The notes under the pieces were generated by a model, which was given only the letters and a program-made list of their open reading frames with translations, made no database searches and was not told the DNA's origin. A DNA stretch of 21,499 bases from a bacterium (lineage in GTDB: Bacteria; Patescibacteriota; Minisyncoccia; JAUYLV01), in assembly GCA_030699565.1 (NCBI GenBank), contig JAUYLV010000023.1, forward strand, positions 1 through 21,499, in the 5' to 3' direction. A program made the translations under genes and the position numbers. Positions 16,689 to 21,499 of this stretch are shown in pieces. Each line of letters begins with the position of its first letter. Within the stretch, counting starts at the first letter, position 1.

Positions 16689-17381
16689 TTAGTTTACGTT
16701 TGTCGACATTTCGTAGAAGCGCAACTGAAGGACCTTAAGGCCATTGTTGTCGTAGCTCCAGAAATAATCCTGAAGTTCATCGGCGAAGAGGTTGTATCGC
16801 TCTGCCGTTCCATCGCCATCAAGGTCAACGAAAATATAGAGCAATTCGCGGCTCACATTTTCGAATGAGGATTTTCCCTTCGTCCGTTCCACGGTCAAGG
16901 TTTCCGTGGAGCAGACTTCCTCGTCATCCGCGGTGCCGAAAATGCCATCCTCGCCCGGTGCGGTCGCGCAGGTTGCAATCATGGCATTTCCGCCGGGAGT
17001 GCCGAGCGCGCGCGCGTAAACGGAATAGACCGTAATGCCGTCATTATCCGGATCCGGGTTGGGTAATTGGAATTTAGCGCCATTACCGTCCGTGCCATTG
17101 GCATCAAGCACGTTGAAGGTTTCGCCTTCCGAGAGCAAGATCTTGGTGTTGCCATCCAGTTTCACGAAGATGCGGTGGCCGTCATTGCCGTCCATGGGGG
17201 CGGTTTTGTCTTTGGCAACGCCGATTATGTTCAGATTATAATGCGCGCCGGAAGGTGCGCCATTGCCGCCTGCGCTCGTGATCGCCGGGATCATGGAGGC
17301 GATCAGCGCCAGCGTGGTGGTGACGGCCACGACGGTCGTGGTCGACATGGTTATTTTCGAGGAAGAATTTGTTTTTTCCAT
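16689..17381 (-). CDS. Secreted hypothetical protein of 230 aa, with a signal peptide and a DxDGDG Ca-binding-like motif
   Basis: N-terminus MEKTNSSSKITMSTTTVVAVTTTLALIASMIPAITSA. The alternative start at ATG 17348 is in frame. Asn/Asp/Gly-rich. No Shine-Dalgarno site. Confidence 0.6.
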   Translation of the reverse strand: MEKTNSSSKITMSTTTVVAVTTTLALIASMIPAITSAGGNGAPSGAHYNLNIIGVAKDKTAPMDGNDGHRIFVKLDGNTKILLSEGETFNVLDANGTDGNGAKFQLPNPDPDNDGITVYSVYARALGTPGGNAMIATCATAPGEDGIFGTADDEEVCSTETLTVERTKGKSSFENVSRELLYIFVDLDGDGTAERYNLFADELQDYFWSYDNNGLKVLQLRFYEMSTNVN

Positions 17382-17538
17382 ATGTATTTGGTTTAAATAT
17401 TAACGTAAGTAATAACAAGATCGACCTTTGTGCGTGCGCCGGGCATTTATGAGGAAAGCCGTAAGGCGACGCGTGCAGCATACGAAGTTGGGATGAAGAA
17501 TGTATTAACATGATGATTTCATGGTGCCCACATATATC

Positions 17539-17564
17539 AAAAAACCGCAAATCAATGCGGTTTT
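17539..17564 (-). terminator. Terminator for the 17591-17914 gene: stem ACCGCA/TGCGGT with loop AATCAA; on the minus strand it is followed by TTTTTT (plus A-run 17539-17544)
   Basis: Hairpin plus a U-run in minus orientation, 27 nt past the stop. Confidence 0.6.
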
Positions 17565-17590
17565 AAAGGTTCCTAAAAAACGTATTCGTC

Positions 17591-17914
17591 TCAATTCCAC
17601 CAAGCGTCTTCTTCACTGAAGTATGGTTTAATGTCTTCGTCTTCGGACGTTTTATATACCACATCGCCCTTTTTGGCGTGGTGAGTGATTTTTATTCCGA
17701 TCGATTGGCCGGGTCGGCCTCGTTCAATGGCAACGTGGTTCTGCTGCATGGACGCCACTTGTTCATTGAAGTTGCCTGCCTGGCTGGCAAAACGAAGCGT
17801 ATCGCCCAGCGCGATGTCGTCATTAAGATGTACAACAGCGACACCCAGGTGGGGATAAAAATGCTCAACTTCACCGACACGCTTTGCCGTATCCTTTTTT
17901 GGTCTGGTTTCCAT
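17591..17914 (-). CDS. Small hypothetical protein of 107 aa with an EF-Tu domain-2-like beta-barrel signature
   Basis: METRPKKDTAKRVGEVEHFYPHLGVAVVHLNDDIALGDTLRF...VAIERGRPGQSIGIKITHHAKKGDVVYK shows the G.V..GV.VV...G.I..GD.L pattern. The ORF-track start (TTG 17941) is in frame; the ATG at 17914 is preferred. Confidence 0.5.
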   Translation of the reverse strand: METRPKKDTAKRVGEVEHFYPHLGVAVVHLNDDIALGDTLRFASQAGNFNEQVASMQQNHVAIERGRPGQSIGIKITHHAKKGDVVYKTSEDEDIKPYFSEEDAWWN

Positions 17915-17963
17915 GATAGTTGCTAGTATATTCCATGGCAATCCGTTGGTTATGGGTCCCTGC

Positions 17964-18167
17964 CTACGCGGTCATAAGGCTCTTTTCAATCGCGGCGTGC
18001 ATTTCGCCAACGGACACGATGGGTTCACCCGGATGCATATCTTCCATGTGTTGCTTGATAGCCTTTTCGTCCATCATGATTTTCATCTTGTCCACGGCTT
18101 CTTTCCGATCCGCCGCCTGGACGGGTATTTCATGGCCGCACGTGCATGTAAAAATGAATTTTTGCAT
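17964..18167 (-). CDS. Small 67-aa Cys/His-containing protein, possibly a DUF1059-like metal-binding protein
   Basis: GAGG 3 nt before ATG (reverse complement of 18165-18167). MQKFIFTCTCGHEIPVQAADRKEAVDKMKIMMDEKAIKQHMEDMHPGEP has a CxC motif and a His-rich helix. Confidence 0.55.
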   Translation of the reverse strand: MQKFIFTCTCGHEIPVQAADRKEAVDKMKIMMDEKAIKQHMEDMHPGEPIVSVGEMHAAIEKSLMTA

Positions 18168-18251
18168 AGACCTCGCGTTAGAATGTATTAATGCTTAAAA
18201 GCATACAGATGCGTCGTGAATATGGAATGAATGCGCATTTTCGCCAATGCC

Positions 18252-18292
18252 AAAAAAACATCAAGCTCCCTTTTTGGGGGAGCTTGATGTTT
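18252..18292 (-). terminator. Strong terminator for the 18321-19949 gene: 15-bp stem AAACATCAAGCTCCC/GGGAGCTTGATGTTT with loop TTTTTGG; on the minus strand it is followed by a T-run
   Basis: Perfect long stem. The plus A-run 18252-18258 becomes the minus U-run. Confidence 0.7.
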
Positions 18293-18320
18293 CAGGTTTG
18301 ATGACTTGCGTCATGAGGGC

Positions 18321-19949
18321 TCAAGGCAATGGCGCAATCTTGAAATTTTTGAATTTCAGATTGGTGTTATCACCTCGTATGCCCGATTTTCCGCCAGCTC
18401 GGATGGGGGATCCGCCCGTACCCGCGTCGGTGACGTTGAGAATGACCGAACCGTTCACGGATAGTGTGATCGTAACCGATCCGTCGGTATTATTTTTGAT
18501 CGTTGCGCGCACCGCTTGCCACGCGTTATACGGCACCGTAAATGTTTTTGTGTTGCCGATGTTGTAGTACGTTCCGCCATTGGAGGGTCCGCCCGGAACC
18601 TTCTTTTTGACGACAACCGAGTTATCGCGACGGTTGATACTTGCATAATACAGGCTTTCCTCGTTCTGGTATCGCAGGAACACGTGTACCCCATCCCAGG
18701 CGACTGCGGGTGTCTGATTCGTCGATACCAATCCCTGGTTCAATAGATCGAATGAAACGGATACGTTCTGGAATTCGGCCTGCTTGGTGGTGAGGCGGAA
18801 TATGGCCGAGTTATTGGCATTTGAGGAGTCCGCGTTCGGCGTTCCCGCATCGGGTACACCCGTCCAGCCTGCGTCATCTTGCGCATATAGCGATCCGGAA
18901 GTCATCTCCCATAGTGGCGATTGTTTTGCGCCTGCCGCGGTCGGATTCCAGTATGCGAATTCGTTCGTAATCAATCCGTCGGCATATTGGCTGAAAGGAT
19001 CGTTGAATAGCGTAGTGGGAGCCGGTGAAGGAGATGGAGTGGGAGTGGGAGTGGGCGAGGGAGTGGATGAAGCGGCAAAGAGCGTGATGGCGTAGTCGTC
19101 CATTCGAATATCCATGAAATCGCCGAAGATCCCATTGAGTCCTGCGCCGGTGATGGGGCTTCCGCCCGCGCTTCCGGTATCATGCGCCTCGGCAGCAAGT
19201 TTCCATGACCCGGTTTTTCCGATGTCGACGTAGAATCGGATGGTGACCGATCCGTCCGCAGCGGTTTCCGTATCGCTTCGCAATACGATAGGCTTATCCT
19301 CGGGCAGCAGGCTCGGGTTGGCGATGCTATCATATGTTCCGGCTAAAACCTTCGAGCTTGCGAGGGTGTAATACTGGTTTGCCGTCTTTTTCTTTATGAC
19401 GGCTGTGCCGTCCATGCGGAGACTTGCCAGGTAGAAGGTTGTGCTGTCCCGGTAACGGCTTATCAGCGAGAGTGCGTTCCATGGATGGACGTTATCAGCC
19501 GCGTAGAGATTCTGACCGCTTATCGTTGCGGTAATCTGTTGGCTGCCGTTTTCCCATGCCGATTTGGTGAGTAATTTGAACAGGTTTTGCGGATGAAAGC
19601 CGTTATCGCTTAATCCCGGAGTCTTTTTTGCGTAAGCGATGCGCAGGGGATCGGCGGCGGAAAGATCGCCTTGGATGGTATTGCCCGCGCCGCCGCTTAT
19701 GGTGAGCAAGCCCCCCGATTGCAGCCACCAATAGGGGCTGGTGCTATCGTTCTTTGCGGATGTTTCGCGCAAAATACCGTTCGAGGTGAAAGGATACGTG
19801 AACGCCGGAGCGGATGCCAGCGTTGAGGCGAAGGTTGTTTTTATGCCCGCGCTGATCAGCGGCAGCACCAGCTGCACGCCCAATCCCATGATAAGCGCCA
19901 AAGGCATCATCTGTGCCATACGGGTTTTGTCGGTGCGATTGCGTTCCAT
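18321..19949 (-). CDS. Secreted protein of about 542 aa with two homologous beta-sandwich (lectin/LamG-like) domains joined by a Pro/Thr/Ser linker
   Basis: Signal peptide MERNRTDKTRMAQMMPLALIMGLGVQLVLPLISAGIKTTFA. Internal repeats share YYAS..R.D..V.KKK...DGSVTI...DAGTGGSPI.AG..GIRGD. The linker is STPSPTPTPTPSPSPAPTT. Start taken at ATG 19949 (the ORF-track TTG at 19955 and ATG 19919 are alternatives). Confidence 0.7.
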   Translation of the reverse strand: MERNRTDKTRMAQMMPLALIMGLGVQLVLPLISAGIKTTFASTLASAPAFTYPFTSNGILRETSAKNDSTSPYWWLQSGGLLTISGGAGNTIQGDLSAADPLRIAYAKKTPGLSDNGFHPQNLFKLLTKSAWENGSQQITATISGQNLYAADNVHPWNALSLISRYRDSTTFYLASLRMDGTAVIKKKTANQYYTLASSKVLAGTYDSIANPSLLPEDKPIVLRSDTETAADGSVTIRFYVDIGKTGSWKLAAEAHDTGSAGGSPITGAGLNGIFGDFMDIRMDDYAITLFAASSTPSPTPTPTPSPSPAPTTLFNDPFSQYADGLITNEFAYWNPTAAGAKQSPLWEMTSGSLYAQDDAGWTGVPDAGTPNADSSNANNSAIFRLTTKQAEFQNVSVSFDLLNQGLVSTNQTPAVAWDGVHVFLRYQNEESLYYASINRRDNSVVVKKKVPGGPSNGGTYYNIGNTKTFTVPYNAWQAVRATIKNNTDGSVTITLSVNGSVILNVTDAGTGGSPIRAGGKSGIRGDNTNLKFKNFKIAPLP

Positions 19950-20176
19950 ATGCAAGAATTACATTAACCAATAGCATCGTATTGAATAAGTTCACGATAA
20001 AGTCCTTATCGCGCGATGATCCGGAGTCGGGAACAAATCCCAGACAGCGCTCGATCGTGCAAGAGAACTGATTGCGAATGTTCATGCGACCGTTAGGAAC
20101 AATCACTCACTCTAGCAAATTCACCGCAACCTCACAAGGGTTTTTATGAAAAAATTCATGAAGTGCGCTCGGCAAA

Positions 20177-20205
20177 CATAAAAACCCCGCCACGGCGGGG
20201 TTTTT
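20177..20205 (-). terminator. Terminator for the deacetylase gene: hairpin CCCCGCC...GGCGGGG (20185-20200) flanked by ATAAAAA and TTTTT
   Basis: GC-rich stem with an A-run and T-run on either side, about 65 nt past the stop at 20265. Confidence 0.65.
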
Positions 20206-20264
20206 ATATGAAGATTATTTTATCGCATTTGATCGCCGATCCTATCGGCGAGCGCGATCCAAAT

Positions 20265-21499
20265 TTAATTGCTCCTAAATAGTTCCAAGCCCTCCTTTAC
20301 CGTTGCGGTGCGGGTATTCGTGGTTTGCAGATGATCAATAATCTCCTGAAGCATTGCGGGAGGCGTGCTGTATGCCGATCCGTCGTTATCGATCCGATGG
20401 AGTGCCAGGATGAGCCATGTCTTTTCCTCACGAGCCTCGTCGATCCAGGTTTTGATTTGCGCCGCAGTGACGCTGTTGTCGGCCCGGTGCCGCTTGAGCG
20501 CAAATGCATCCAGCATAGTGGGAATATTGGCGCCGTTATCCGTGGAGCGTGCGGCGACAAATCCCTCATTACGGAGAATTTGTTTCAGCCCGTCGTTGTA
20601 GGCGCCGAACGGATAGGCGAACGTTTTTACGGAATGGACGCCAATGGAGATAAGATCATCGCGCGAACCGGCTATTTCTTCCGTCGCTTCCGCCAGGGAC
20701 ACCGTCGTCAAATCCCGGTGCGTTCGGGAGTGCGCTCCGATCTCATGGCCTTCATTTTGCATCGCGATGACTTCGGTCGGGGTGATATACGCGGGAAATC
20801 CCAGATATCCCGTTGCGATATATTGAGTGCTTTTAATACCCGCCCCGCGCAGCATCGGGATGGCATTTTCGTATATGCTTTTCCAGCCATCATCGAATGT
20901 GAGGGTTACGATGCCTTCGGTCGGATCGCCGCCGGATGCCGCAACCAGCCCATAATCATCAATCGTAAGCGTTCCCACCGTATTAATCAGGTGAAAGATC
21001 GTTACCGAAACCGTTCCCTGAGGCGCGGTGAACGTCACATCCGTTCCCTGTGGTCCGGCAGCCGCCGTATGCCGCATCAGATCCTCGTATAAGAATTGTC
21101 CGTTGCCGAGCGCGAAACGCGCGGTGATGGTGCTGGGAATGTTCGCGACGAAGCGGTCGGTGAAGCGCCATGAACTTCCCGGCGTTATCGGCACATCCGC
21201 AAAATACCATTTTGCGTCTCCCGATGTGCGCGATGTCAGCGCGACACGCGCGGCGCGTGCTCCCTCCAGGCCGGCTACAGGGTAGGTGAATACCGCGGTA
21301 TTCGTTCCCCATCGTCCACGGAACCATCCTTGTGGATCTCCAGAAGTGGCGGCGGTTTCAAGCGACGGATTGGCGATTCGGTTGGGGCCCGAATCAGGCA
21401 GGACTTCCTGCAGCCCATAATCATCAATCGTAAGCGTTCCCACCGTATTAATCAGGTGAAAGATCGTTACCGAAACCGGTCCCTGAGGCGCGGTGAACG
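20265..21499 (-). CDS. Polysaccharide deacetylase (CE4/NodB domain) with at least two N-terminal CBM4/9-like domains; the 5' end runs off the window
   Basis: TLTFDDGWKS ... HSRTH ... are CE4 motifs 1 and 2. The upstream domain (NPSLE...GDPQGWF...) is CBM-like. The frame stays open to the window edge; the ORF-track 'M' at 21443 is an internal GTG. Confidence 0.8.
   Translation of the reverse strand, partial: FTAPQGPVSVTIFHLINTVGTLTIDDYGLQEVLPDSGPNRIANPSLETAATSGDPQGWFRGRWGTNTAVFTYPVAGLEGARAARVALTSRTSGDAKWYFADVPITPGSSWRFTDRFVANIPSTITARFALGNGQFLYEDLMRHTAAAGPQGTDVTFTAPQGTVSVTIFHLINTVGTLTIDDYGLVAASGGDPTEGIVTLTFDDGWKSIYENAIPMLRGAGIKSTQYIATGYLGFPAYITPTEVIAMQNEGHEIGAHSRTHRDLTTVSLAEATEEIAGSRDDLISIGVHSVKTFAYPFGAYNDGLKQILRNEGFVAARSTDNGANIPTMLDAFALKRHRADNSVTAAQIKTWIDEAREEKTWLILALHRIDNDGSAYSTPPAMLQEIIDHLQTTNTRTATVKEGLELFRSN
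20946..21034 (-). repeat. Copy A of an 89-nt near-identical direct repeat (copy B is at 21411-21499, offset 465 nt, 88/89 identical) encoding FTAPQG(T/P)VSVTIFHLINTVGTLTIDDYGL at the ends of consecutive CBM-like domains
   Basis: Direct comparison of the two stretches; the single difference is t/g at 21014 versus 21479. Confidence 0.8.

Noticed and set aside
20144-20182. 11-codon mini-ORF ATGAAAAAATTCATGAAGTGCGCTCGGCAAACATAA with an AAGGG-like site, ending at the terminator hairpin
   Set aside because: It is on the plus strand with no downstream plus-strand gene to regulate, and it sits between two minus-strand genes. More likely chance.
20325-21092. 255-aa plus-strand ORF inside the CE4 deacetylase gene
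   Set aside because: It is opposite a gene with clear CE4 motifs (TFDDG, HSRTH). No ribosome-binding site.

Overview
This is a bacterial chromosomal segment, about 52% GC. Most genes have strong Shine-Dalgarno sites and many units end in intrinsic terminators. Housekeeping genes are present: the 3' end of atpD, a short atpC, a class I uvrA, and groES-groEL with a CIRCE operator and a consensus sigma70 promoter. Between them are envelope and secreted genes: a lipoprotein, small membrane proteins, an acidic membrane-anchored protein, an NfeD-flotillin operon, a putative M15-like peptidase, a secreted tandem lectin-like protein, and a CE4 polysaccharide deacetylase with repeated CBM-like domains that runs off the window. 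Several hypotheticals stand out. Two carry beta-carbonic-anhydrase-like zinc-ligand motifs. A Pol-beta nucleotidyltransferase is followed by a 519-aa partner in an insulated two-gene unit. There are also small Cys/His proteins. The most notable observation is a complete minus-strand expression unit in the unusually long atpD-atpC gap: a consensus promoter, a GGGAGG ribosome-binding site, a 57-codon ORF and an intrinsic terminator. It is absent from the ORF track because it falls below the 60-aa cutoff, and its -35 box overlaps the atpC start codon. I found no tRNA or rRNA genes, CRISPR array, transposase or integrase. All calls are by eye from the sequence; no searches were run.
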